This document shows, in pieces, positions 38,793 to 47,175 of a stretch of DNA of 64,000 bases. Under the pieces are notes generated by a model, which saw only the letters and a program-made list of their open reading frames with translations, was not told the origin of the DNA and searched no databases. The stretch is from assembly GCA_964535715.1 (NCBI GenBank), contig CAZHUO010000001.1:31696-95695 (forward strand), written 5' to 3'. This stretch comes from an uncultured Gammaproteobacteria bacterium. Its GTDB lineage: Bacteria; Patescibacteriota; Patescibacteriia; Buchananbacterales; UBA6539. The position numbers and the translations under genes are program-made. Positions within the stretch are counted from its first letter, which is position 1. Each line of letters opens with the position of its first letter.

Positions 38793-40610
38793 ATGGCTAA
38801 AAAACTATTAACAATATTTATTGGCGACGTAAGGCGAGGGAAACAAAAAATATTAAATTTTTTGTTTTCGAGCCGAGGAGCCATCAAAGGGTCAATACCC
38901 GAAAGCGCTCCGTCGCCAAAGCTGCACTTTTTCCAGCTTTGGAGCGTCGGCGACTTGCTGCGGAAGAAGTGGGCGGAGCGCGTCGTCGCCAAAGCGGCTT
39001 TGACGCGTCGGCGACTTGCTCCGCGGTTAATACCCTTTATTCTATCGATAGTTTTAATTGTAAGTTCTTTGATTTTATTAAAAACTAACGCCCAGGAATT
39101 GCCGGCCGCCATGCTTTGCGGAGACGGAATTGTCCAGTCGCCAAACAGCGAAGGTTTTTATGAAAAATGCGATGAAGTCGGAGAAACCAAAAGCTGCACC
39201 AGCCAGTGCGGCCAAAAACTGCTTGGCTGGGCCTGGTCGGACAATATCGGCTGGATTTCTTTAAGTAATGAAAATTGTGATTTTTTGGCTGAAGGGACTT
39301 GCCAAAATCAGAATTATAATTATTATGTCCAGGCTAAAGCCGCTGAAATGGCCGATGGCGAGGTTAAAGGGGAAATTATAGGCTGGGGCTGGTCGGACAA
39401 TATCGGCTGGGTTTGCTTTGGCCAAACTTGCCAAGGTTATTCCGACCTTACTCCGCCTGATGGCTGGCAGACTTATGCAAAGCAGGCAGGCACTAATGAT
39501 CCGTTGGTTTTCGGCTGGGCTTGGAATGAATCAATCGGCTTAATTTCTTTAAATTGCGGCCTTAATTCAATTCCATGCGAGACTTCTGACTATCAGTTAA
39601 AACTTATTAAAAGTGATTTTGGATCTGTCCAACGCCTTACATTGTTAGGCTGGGCCTGGTCTGATATTTCCGGCTGGACTTCTTTTACTCCTGAAATCAG
39701 CGATACTCTGCCTTGGCTTCAGACAAAATATGGCGATATTTATGCCAGAAAGGGAATTTTGGGAAATGAGCCGCCTGATTATGGCTATAATGCCACTTAT
39801 CAGATAATTTCCGGAGACATTATCACTAATTTCCGCTCGGCAAGAGGTGAAGACTGGATTAAACAGGGATTTCAGGAAATCGGTTTTCCCAGGCCTAGCA
39901 CCCGCTATTCCAACGTTTTAGGGAAGATAAATATTTCGGATTTACTCTGTGATCTTTCAGTCCAAAATACCTGCATAAACAAGTTTGGAAAAATTGTTGA
40001 AAAGATTATTGATGAAAACAATTCAGGCAATATTGATCTTTCGGGCAAAATATATTACCGGGACGGTAATTTAGTCATCGACAATCCTATAAATTTTATG
40101 AATGCAGTCGGTTTTGATGACGGAAGCGGGACGATTATCGTTAATGGTGATTTGGTTATAAATAGTGACGTCAAATATGATAACTCCACTAGTCCGATAA
40201 TATTTAAAAATTTAGCTTCCGCCGCCTTTATTGTCCTGGGAGATTTGAAAATCAGCCCAAATGTCTCGAATTTGGCCGGAAATTTCATTATTATCGGCAA
40301 CGGAAATGATTGCAATCCAAATCAGGAAAGTGAAGTGACCGGCTGCGGCCAAATATATACTTGCTGCGTTTTAAGCGGCGAAAGCTGCGCTTTTGACGAA
40401 AGAGTCTGCCAACAGAATCCTTTAATAGTTTCCGGCTTGATGATGGCTAAAAAGTTTTATTTAAAACGTATATTCATCACCGACTCGCAAGATGTTCAGG
40501 GTTCGGAAATCATTATTTACGATGGGAGGCTTTTGGCCAATACGCCTCCGGGGTTGGGCGACTTTGCCAAATCAATGCCGATTTGGCATTTGGATTTTTT
40601 GTCTCAATAA
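38793..40610 (+). CDS. Secreted protein with five GWAWSDNIGW(I/V) repeats. The signal-peptide region is interrupted in frame by MITE-like copy c.
   Basis: After conceptual excision of 38823-39041 the N-terminus reads MAKKLLTIFILSIVLIVSSLILLKTNAQE, a canonical signal peptide. Repeats LLGWAWSDNIGWISL, IIGWGWSDNIGWVCF, VFGWAWNESIGLISL, LLGWAWSDISGWTSF. Confidence 0.65.
   Translation: MAKKLLTIFIGDVRRGKQKILNFLFSSRGAIKGSIPESAPSPKLHFFQLWSVGDLLRKKWAERVVAKAALTRRRLAPRLIPFILSIVLIVSSLILLKTNAQELPAAMLCGDGIVQSPNSEGFYEKCDEVGETKSCTSQCGQKLLGWAWSDNIGWISLSNENCDFLAEGTCQNQNYNYYVQAKAAEMADGEVKGEIIGWGWSDNIGWVCFGQTCQGYSDLTPPDGWQTYAKQAGTNDPLVFGWAWNESIGLISLNCGLNSIPCETSDYQLKLIKSDFGSVQRLTLLGWAWSDISGWTSFTPEISDTLPWLQTKYGDIYARKGILGNEPPDYGYNATYQIISGDIITNFRSARGEDWIKQGFQEIGFPRPSTRYSNVLGKINISDLLCDLSVQNTCINKFGKIVEKIIDENNSGNIDLSGKIYYRDGNLVIDNPINFMNAVGFDDGSGTIIVNGDLVINSDVKYDNSTSPIIFKNLASAAFIVLGDLKISPNVSNLAGNFIIIGNGNDCNPNQESEVTGCGQIYTCCVLSGESCAFDERVCQQNPLIVSGLMMAKKFYLKRIFITDSQDVQGSEIIIYDGRLLANTPPGLGDFAKSMPIWHLDFLSQ
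38823..39035 (+). mobile_element. MITE-like structured repeat, copy c (213 bp), flanked by TTTATT at 38817-38822 and 39036-39041
   Basis: Same family as 24205-24380, with an internal duplication (gcggagcgcgtcgtcgccaaagcggctttgacgcgtcggcgacttgctccgcgg). Insert plus duplicated flank is 219 bp (73 codons), so the host ORF stays in frame. Confidence 0.75.
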
Positions 40611-40625
40611 TGTTAAAATTAAGTT

Positions 40626-41801
40626 ATGCCACTATTTTCAAAATCTAAAAATTATATTGGAATCGATTTTGATTCCAATAGTGTAAAGATAGTTGAATTG
40701 AAAAACGAAGGCGGCCGGCCAAGGCTTGCCACTTATGGCTATATTGACAAAGAAATTAATGGTTTATTAAGCAGTGAAAACAAGGGAGATGCAAACGAAA
40801 TTGGAAAATTAATCAAGCAAGTCGGTAAAAAAGCTAAAGTGACGACAAATCAAGCGGTTGCCGCTCTTCCTTCTTTTTCGGTTTTTAGCTCGATTTTAAG
40901 CCTGCCGGAAATGTCAAAGAAAGATTTAGCTTCAGCAATCAAGTGGGAAGCAAAAAAAGTAATTCCTCTTCCGGCCGAAGAAATGATTTTGGATTGGAAG
41001 GTTCTTGATAGTGATGAAAAAAACAAGGCCGGCGAAAAACCGAAAGAAAAAAAAGAAAGCAATGACGCAAAAAAAGATGAAAGCGTCCAAGAAGATGAAA
41101 ACAGCGAAGATGATGAAAAAGACGATGGATTTTTAAAGATTAGCCAAAAAACTAAAAATAAAAGCACTAAAGTTTTGCTGACAGCGGCGCCAAAAGACCT
41201 GGTTAAGCGTTATATGGAAATTTTTAAAGCCTCAGGTTTCGCCTTATTAAGCCTTGATACTGAACCTTTGGCTTTAATCCGCTCTTTGGCTTCAAATGAC
41301 AAATCGCCTTTAATGATTGTTGATATCGGATCGGTTGTCACAAATATTTCGATTTCGGTCAATGCTGTTCCGATTTTAAGCAGAAGCCTGGATGTCGGCG
41401 GAATGACAATAACAAAATCAATTGCAAACAGCCTAAACGTAAGTTTATCTAGAGCCGAACAGTTTAAATATGATATCGGAATGAACCCGATGCGCGCCGG
41501 CCAGGGAAGTGTTCCAAAAACGATTGAAAACGCCTTGGTGCCGATAATTGATGAGTTAAAATACAGTATAAATTTATATCGAAATCAAGGTAAGAATAAT
41601 ATTGAAAAAATAATTCTAACCGGCGGATCTTCCTTGCTGCTTAATTTGCCAGAGTACTTGTCTAATGTTTTAGGCATTAGATCGTTTTTAGGCGATCCCT
41701 GGGCAAGAGTGATATATCCGGAAGAATTAAGGCCGGTTTTAGATGAAATTGGCTGTCGTTTTTCCATAGCTGTCGGCTTAGCGATGAGAAATATTGAATA
41801 A
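40626..41801 (+). CDS. pilM: Type IV pilus assembly protein PilM (actin-like ATPase fold) with an acidic low-complexity insert
   Basis: YIGIDFDSNSVKIVEL N-terminal motif and overall PilM layout. Insert KNKAGEKPKEKKESNDAKKDESVQEDENSEDDEKDD. Confidence 0.85.
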   Translation: MPLFSKSKNYIGIDFDSNSVKIVELKNEGGRPRLATYGYIDKEINGLLSSENKGDANEIGKLIKQVGKKAKVTTNQAVAALPSFSVFSSILSLPEMSKKDLASAIKWEAKKVIPLPAEEMILDWKVLDSDEKNKAGEKPKEKKESNDAKKDESVQEDENSEDDEKDDGFLKISQKTKNKSTKVLLTAAPKDLVKRYMEIFKASGFALLSLDTEPLALIRSLASNDKSPLMIVDIGSVVTNISISVNAVPILSRSLDVGGMTITKSIANSLNVSLSRAEQFKYDIGMNPMRAGQGSVPKTIENALVPIIDELKYSINLYRNQGKNNIEKIILTGGSSLLLNLPEYLSNVLGIRSFLGDPWARVIYPEELRPVLDEIGCRFSIAVGLAMRNIE

Positions 41802-41816
41802 TTAATATTAAAAATT

Positions 41817-42911
41817 GTGGCAGACATTAATTTATTGCCAGATGACTTGAATGATTCTACAAAGGACGGAAAATTTTTTGTTGGCAGAAAAAATTTAAAC
41901 AATAAAGGATCCGAACCAAGTAATCTTGGCAAAGAGCCTTTTTCGTCTGAATCGAAAAATTCAGTTTTTGGCCGTTTTTTTTCCGGGAGTCCTACGGAAA
42001 AGCCGGCACTTAAATTATCTGAGATGTCAAAGATAAAGAATAATTCAACAGATAACGATTTAATTGAAAATAGCCAAAAAAAGCCGCAAAATTCCGATTT
42101 AAGCGGTTATGAGCTTGAAGAAATAAAAAATAAAAGAAGAGAATTGAAAAATGAAAAAATCGCCATAAGAAATAGCCAGTCGGAAAGAGAAAATTTGTCA
42201 AAAATTTTTAAGCCGAAAGAAGCGGTTGACTTGCAAGTAAAACAAGCCGAGCAGGCCGAATTTAATAAGGCAGGTAAAGATGATACGGCAAAAAAGACAA
42301 AAAAAGAGGCAAAAAAAGACAAGCAAGATTTTTTGGATGTTAATTTGATGCCGCAGGAAGAGACTTTCATGCAGCCAGAGCTTGAGGTGTCAAAGAAACT
42401 TTATTTAAGCGCCATGATAATTTTTTCTTCCATTTTTATTGTAGCTGTTTTATATCTTGGCATTACCCTATATCAGCTCAGCATCGCAAAAAATATATCA
42501 GAAATCGAAAAAGAAATAAATGATTTGGGTCAAAAAATTTCAAGCGTTGAAGGTAATAAAAATGAAGCACTTGCGGTTCAAAGTCATTTTGAGGCGGCAG
42601 ATAAACTCATAAAAAAGCATATATATTGGACTAAATTTTTTGGTTTTTTGGAAAAATACACAAATAATGACGTATATTACACAAGTTTTTCAATGGCCGG
42701 CCAGGATAAGCTGGTGATATCAGCGGTTGGAAAAGACTATCAATCTGTCGCCAAGCAGTTGGTTTCTTTCCAAAAAGCCGGTGATTTTATAAAAAATGTG
42801 AGAATTGATGCCGCTTCTGCCGACATTGTTGATGAAGCGGGAAATTATCAGGTCAACTTTAACATAAACTTGGAATTTCAGCCCGCTGTTTTTTTCGAGG
42901 CAGATAAATAA
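41817..42911 (+). CDS. PilN-like bitopic pilus assembly protein with a long disordered N-terminal region
   Basis: Single TM LYLSAMIIFSSIFIVAVLYLGITLYQL followed by a coiled-coil plus periplasmic domain. Positioned between pilM and pilB. Confidence 0.6.
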   Translation: MADINLLPDDLNDSTKDGKFFVGRKNLNNKGSEPSNLGKEPFSSESKNSVFGRFFSGSPTEKPALKLSEMSKIKNNSTDNDLIENSQKKPQNSDLSGYELEEIKNKRRELKNEKIAIRNSQSERENLSKIFKPKEAVDLQVKQAEQAEFNKAGKDDTAKKTKKEAKKDKQDFLDVNLMPQEETFMQPELEVSKKLYLSAMIIFSSIFIVAVLYLGITLYQLSIAKNISEIEKEINDLGQKISSVEGNKNEALAVQSHFEAADKLIKKHIYWTKFFGFLEKYTNNDVYYTSFSMAGQDKLVISAVGKDYQSVAKQLVSFQKAGDFIKNVRIDAASADIVDEAGNYQVNFNINLEFQPAVFFEADK

Positions 42912-42912
42912 A

Positions 42913-42989
42913 GGGTATTTCACCCTTTGTCGGCTCCTCGTCTCGGAAGCAAAAAATTGTAATTTTTGTTTCACTCGACTTACGTCGCC
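42913..42989 (-). mobile_element. MITE-like repeat, short copy d (77 bp), flanked by aataaa on both sides (42907-42912, 42990-42995)
   Basis: The reverse complement ggcgacgtaagtcgagtgaaacaaaaattacaattttttgcttccgagacgaggagccgacaaagggtgaaataccc matches the 5' module of copies b and c. The insert overlaps the stop codon region of the PilN-like gene. Confidence 0.55.
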
Positions 42990-42998
42990 AATAAAAAT

Positions 42999-43619
42999 AT
43001 GGAAAAAAGAAGTAATCAAAAAATAAGAAACGATAAAAACCTTCAGCTAAAGATTTTTTTTCTTAAATATTACAAATTAATTATTTTGTTTTTTGTTGCT
43101 ACTATTATCGGCCTGAGCTATTATTTTATTTTAAACCCTAAATACCAGCAAGCAAGCATCGGCGGAAAGTATAATGTCAGCTCTTTACAGCAAGAGTTAG
43201 ACAGAAGAAGCGCCTACTTGGCTGATTTAAAATCTTTGGACAATAATTATAAGCTTATTAATCAGAAAGACATCGAAAAAATAAAAATGATTTTGCCTGA
43301 AGAAAAAGACATAGCCGGTATTTTTGTCCAGCTGGAATCATTAGCCAAGGAAAATAATCTTTTTTTGGACGGAGTGAGCATTAACGAAGCGGAAACTGAA
43401 AATATTGATTCCGCCGAAAAAAACAATGACGGAATAAAGAAACTCAGCATAAAGCTGAATCTTACAAGCACTACCGAAGACGGAGACTATAATGAAATCA
43501 AGAATTTTTTATCTTCGCTGGAATACAACTTAAGGCTTTTTGATGTCAATGCGGTTTATTTTTCTCCGGGATCACCAACCTATTCAATCAATCTTTTTAC
43601 CTATTATTATAAAAAATAA
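42999..43619 (+). CDS. PilO-like bitopic pilus assembly protein
   Basis: ATG at 42999 (MEKRSNQK...). The tool start at 42966 lies inside the MITE copy. TM LIILFFVATIIGLSYYFIL followed by a coiled coil. Confidence 0.55.
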   Translation: MEKRSNQKIRNDKNLQLKIFFLKYYKLIILFFVATIIGLSYYFILNPKYQQASIGGKYNVSSLQQELDRRSAYLADLKSLDNNYKLINQKDIEKIKMILPEEKDIAGIFVQLESLAKENNLFLDGVSINEAETENIDSAEKNNDGIKKLSIKLNLTSTTEDGDYNEIKNFLSSLEYNLRLFDVNAVYFSPGSPTYSINLFTYYYKK

Positions 43620-43626
43620 TTTTTAT

Positions 43627-43938
43627 ATGCTAGTTCAGAAAAAAATACAGGGTTTTAAAAAAATTTTTTTCGTTTTTTTTATATTAGTGCTTGCCGGCAT
43701 AATCGGCTATTTGGTTTATGTCAATTTTTTTGATGTCAACGTAAAGAAAGCAAAATTTTTCAATAATAAGATAGAAACTTTAAAAATTTCAAAAATAAAT
43801 CCCGAAATAAAAAACGATTTTTTGAATAAATCGCCTTATACCAATTTTAAGCCAGGCGCCAAACTGCCAGTTGAAGTTGAAAAGGCGGGCAGGGATAATC
43901 CTTTTAGATTTATTCCATTTTTTTTATTAAATAATTAA
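43627..43938 (+). CDS. Small N-terminally anchored protein (PilP-like by position)
   Basis: MLVQKKIQGFKKIFFVFFILVLAGIIGYLVYVNFF. The tool ORF 43540..43938 overlaps the pilO-like end, so the internal ATG is preferred. Confidence 0.4.
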   Translation: MLVQKKIQGFKKIFFVFFILVLAGIIGYLVYVNFFDVNVKKAKFFNNKIETLKISKINPEIKNDFLNKSPYTNFKPGAKLPVEVEKAGRDNPFRFIPFFLLNN

Positions 43939-43946
43939 TTTAGCCA

Positions 43947-45671
43947 ATGAATAGCCAGAAAAATCAATTACTCGGCGCATTAGTGTCAGAAAATATTTTG
44001 GATATTAATGCCGCTTCTGAAATTGAAAAAAAAGCCCTGGCTGAAAACAAAAGCATTGAAGATATTATTATCAGTAAAAATATAGTTGATGAAGAAAAAC
44101 TTACTGAAATAAGGGCAAAAATTTTGGATGTTCCCGCGGTTAACTTAAGCGGAAAGCAGATTCAAAAAAAAATTTTAAACTTGATTCCAAAAGAAGTTGC
44201 GGAAAATTATCAAATGGTTCCATTTGAAAAAATTGGAAATGAAGTTCATGTTGCCTTAATTAATCCCCAAAATTTTAAAGCGATTGAAGCGATTGAATTT
44301 TTAGCCCAAAAAGCCAATTTAAAAATTAAATATTTCATTACCTCGCCTTCAAGCTTTAATTCGGCATTCAAGCAATTCGGAGTTTTAGGTGAAGAAGTCC
44401 AAAAAGCTTTAGCCGGCATAGAGGAAGATTCAGACGAAGTTTTTGACATTGATAGGATGAAAGAAATGGAGCAGGTAATTAAGAATGCTCCGGTTTCAAA
44501 AATGGTTTTGGTGATTATTAGGCATGCAATCGACGGCCGGGCTTCCGATATTCATATCGAGCCGACAATTAAAGATACAAGAGTCCGTTATCGGATTGAT
44601 GGAATTTTAAGGACTTCCTTGGTTTTGCCAAAATATATCCATTCGGCAATCATAGGACGGATAAAAGTTTTGGCAAATTTAAAAATAGATGAAACCAGAA
44701 AACCCCAAGACGGCAGAATCAGGCTAAGTATAGAAGACCATGATGTTGATTTTCGCGTATCGACTTTGCCGTTATTTGAGGGTGAAAAAATCGTTTTGAG
44801 AATTTTAGATACGGCAACGGAAGTTCCTACCTTGGAAGACTTGGGATTTAATCCCATCCACATAAATATTATTAAAGAAGTTGTTAAAAAACCTCACGGA
44901 CTTTTGCTTTTGACCGGTCCGACCGGTTCGGGGAAAACCACTACTCTTTATACGATTTTAACAATGCTAAATCAGGAAGGGACAAATATCGTAACCCTTG
45001 AAGATCCGATCGAATATTATGTCCCGGGAGTAAATCAATCGAATATTAATCCTGATGTCGGTTATACCTTTGCTTCAGGCTTAAGATCAATATTGCGCCA
45101 GGATCCCAATGTCATAATGGTTGGCGAAATCAGGGATAAGGAAACTACCGAGCTGGTAATCCATGCAAGTTTGACCGGCCATTTGATGCTTTCGACCCTT
45201 CATACCAATAATGCTGTCGGTTCAATACCCCGGCTAATCGACCTTGGAGCTGAGCCCTTTTTGCTTTCATCTGTCCTTAATTTAGTTATTGCCCAGAGGC
45301 TTGCCAGAAGAATTTGCCCTGATTGCAAAAAAGAAATTCCAATCCCTCAGGTGATGCTTAAAAAAGTTAAAGAGCAGCTGGCAAGTACGCCTGCGGAATA
45401 TTTACAGGGGCTTAATTTTGATAAATTGGTTTTTTATAAAGGCCAAGGCTGTTCTCACTGCGGAAATTTGGGTTATAAGGGCAGAATTGCCGTGTCGGAA
45501 GCAATTATAATTAATAATGAAATAAGAGAAATAATCAGCAGGGGCGGCGATGTTAACATGGTTAAAGTTTTGAAGGATCAAAATTTTATCACTTTAACCC
45601 AGGATTGCCTGATTAAAGCATTAAAAGGGCTGACTACCATAGATGAAGTAATCAGGGTGTCGCAAATATAA
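43947..45671 (+). CDS. pilB: Type IV pilus extension ATPase PilB (GspE family)
   Basis: N-terminal GSPII_E_N-type domain. Walker A LLLTGPTGSGKTTTLYTIL, Asp box TLEDPIEYY, Walker B IMVGEIRDKET, His box SLTGHLMLSTLHTN, tetracysteine CPDC...CSHC. Confidence 0.9.
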   Translation: MNSQKNQLLGALVSENILDINAASEIEKKALAENKSIEDIIISKNIVDEEKLTEIRAKILDVPAVNLSGKQIQKKILNLIPKEVAENYQMVPFEKIGNEVHVALINPQNFKAIEAIEFLAQKANLKIKYFITSPSSFNSAFKQFGVLGEEVQKALAGIEEDSDEVFDIDRMKEMEQVIKNAPVSKMVLVIIRHAIDGRASDIHIEPTIKDTRVRYRIDGILRTSLVLPKYIHSAIIGRIKVLANLKIDETRKPQDGRIRLSIEDHDVDFRVSTLPLFEGEKIVLRILDTATEVPTLEDLGFNPIHINIIKEVVKKPHGLLLLTGPTGSGKTTTLYTILTMLNQEGTNIVTLEDPIEYYVPGVNQSNINPDVGYTFASGLRSILRQDPNVIMVGEIRDKETTELVIHASLTGHLMLSTLHTNNAVGSIPRLIDLGAEPFLLSSVLNLVIAQRLARRICPDCKKEIPIPQVMLKKVKEQLASTPAEYLQGLNFDKLVFYKGQGCSHCGNLGYKGRIAVSEAIIINNEIREIISRGGDVNMVKVLKDQNFITLTQDCLIKALKGLTTIDEVIRVSQI

Positions 45672-45706
45672 AATAATCTACAAATTAAAAATAATGAATT
45701 AAAATT

Positions 45707-46081
45707 ATGGCCAGCAAGAAAAAAATTTTATTAGTTGAGGACGATGAATTTTTAGCCGAACTTTATGCAACCAAACTGGGTTTGGAAAAATTTGAAGTAT
45801 ATTTGGCATCAGACGGCGAAAAAGGATTAAGGATAACAAAAGAAAAAAAACCCGATTTGATTTTGCTGGATATAATACTGCCTAAAATGGATGGTTTTGA
45901 AATTTTAAAAATTTTGAAAGCCGATCCTGAATTAAAGAATATCCCCGTTATTCTTTTGACGAACTTAAGCCAGAAAGATGAAGTCAAAAAAGGCCTTGAG
46001 CTGGGTGCTAACGATTATTTGATTAAGGCTCATTTTATGCCTTCGGAAGTTGTAAAAAAAATAAAAAACATTATTGGATAA
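45707..46081 (+). CDS. Stand-alone CheY-like response-regulator receiver domain (PilH/PilG-like)
   Basis: Acidic pocket DD, phospho-acceptor LLDIILPKMDG, conserved T and K (LTNLS...LIKA). 124 aa with no output domain. Confidence 0.85.
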   Translation: MASKKKILLVEDDEFLAELYATKLGLEKFEVYLASDGEKGLRITKEKKPDLILLDIILPKMDGFEILKILKADPELKNIPVILLTNLSQKDEVKKGLELGANDYLIKAHFMPSEVVKKIKNIIG

Positions 46082-46091
46082 ATAAAAAATT

Positions 46092-47162
46092 ATGGCTTCA
46101 ATAGACTCCATTATCAATAGAATTTTGATTGCCGCCGCAAAGCAAAAAGCTTCAAATATTCATTTGACTGTTGGCGCTTTGCCGGCTTTAAGAATTGATG
46201 AAAAACTTATTGAGCTTTCCGATGAAGTGGCAATAACAGATGATTTTTTAAGGCAGCTTGCCGACAGCTGGCTTGATATTTCTCAAAAGCAGGAATTGGT
46301 AAAAAATAAAGAGATAATCTTCGTCAAAGAGATTGACAATAAATTCAGATTTAAAATAAATTTTTTTTTCCAAAAAGGTTTTTTGTCGGCTTCACTGAAG
46401 GTAATTTATGACAAGATTCCATCATTGGCAAGTTTAGGACTGCCAAAGTCGGCTTACGGCTTTTCGGAAAAGAATTCCGGCCTAATTATAATTTGCGGCC
46501 CTTACGATTCCGGCCGGAGCACGACTGTTAATTCAATAATCGAAGAAATCAATAAAAAAAGAAGTGAAAATATAATTGTTATTGAAAAGCCGGTAGAATA
46601 TCTTTTTACGAACCAGAAAAGCATTATTGAACAAAGGGAAGTTGGCCGAGATACTATTTCTTTTACTGAGGCGGTTAAATCTGCCCAGCAGTCAGATGTT
46701 GATATAATTTCGGTTGGCGCTAATTCTGAATCCGAATCAATACCGCTTGTCGTTGAATTTGCCAATTCCGGCCGGCTGGCTTTTATGATCATGGATACGA
46801 TTTCCGCAATTCAAACCATTGAAGAAATTATCTCTTCTTTTCCGGTAAATGAAAGGGAAAGGGCGAATATTTTGCTTGCTGATTGTATTCTCTCGATAAT
46901 TTCTCAGCGTTTGGTTCCTCGCCGTGGCGGCGGCTTGGCTTTGGCAACGGAGATTTTAATTGCCACCGAATCAGTCCGTTCTCTTATTAGGGAGGGGAAA
47001 ATCAAGCAGCTGATGACTATTTTACAAAGTTCCAGGGAAGAAGGAATGCTTACATTAGACCAGTCATTAGCTGAATTAGTTTTATCAAACGAGGTTTCAA
47101 TTGAAAAAGCGATGGAATATGTAGGTGATAAAGAAATTTTTCGAGGAATGGCTAAGGGTTAA
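46092..47162 (+). CDS. PilT-like retraction-ATPase homologue with degenerate catalytic motifs (predicted pseudo-ATPase)
   Basis: Colinear with PilT, but Walker A is GPYDSGRST (canonical GPTGSGKST; K to R), Asp box is IEKPVE (EDPIE), Walker B is VGANSE (VGEMRD) and His box is ANSGRLAFMIMDT (AETGHLVFGTLHT). Confidence 0.8.
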   Translation: MASIDSIINRILIAAAKQKASNIHLTVGALPALRIDEKLIELSDEVAITDDFLRQLADSWLDISQKQELVKNKEIIFVKEIDNKFRFKINFFFQKGFLSASLKVIYDKIPSLASLGLPKSAYGFSEKNSGLIIICGPYDSGRSTTVNSIIEEINKKRSENIIVIEKPVEYLFTNQKSIIEQREVGRDTISFTEAVKSAQQSDVDIISVGANSESESIPLVVEFANSGRLAFMIMDTISAIQTIEEIISSFPVNERERANILLADCILSIISQRLVPRRGGGLALATEILIATESVRSLIREGKIKQLMTILQSSREEGMLTLDQSLAELVLSNEVSIEKAMEYVGDKEIFRGMAKG

Positions 47163-47175
47163 TATTTGATAATTT

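Noticed and set aside
38768-39112. 114-aa minus-strand ORF overlapping MITE copy c
   Set aside because: It lies entirely within or antisense to the repeat and the signal-peptide region of 38793..40610. No independent support.
43540-43626. Upstream extension of the small membrane ORF (tool start 43540)
   Set aside because: It overlaps the 3' end of the PilO-like gene in another frame. The internal ATG at 43627 has a better context.
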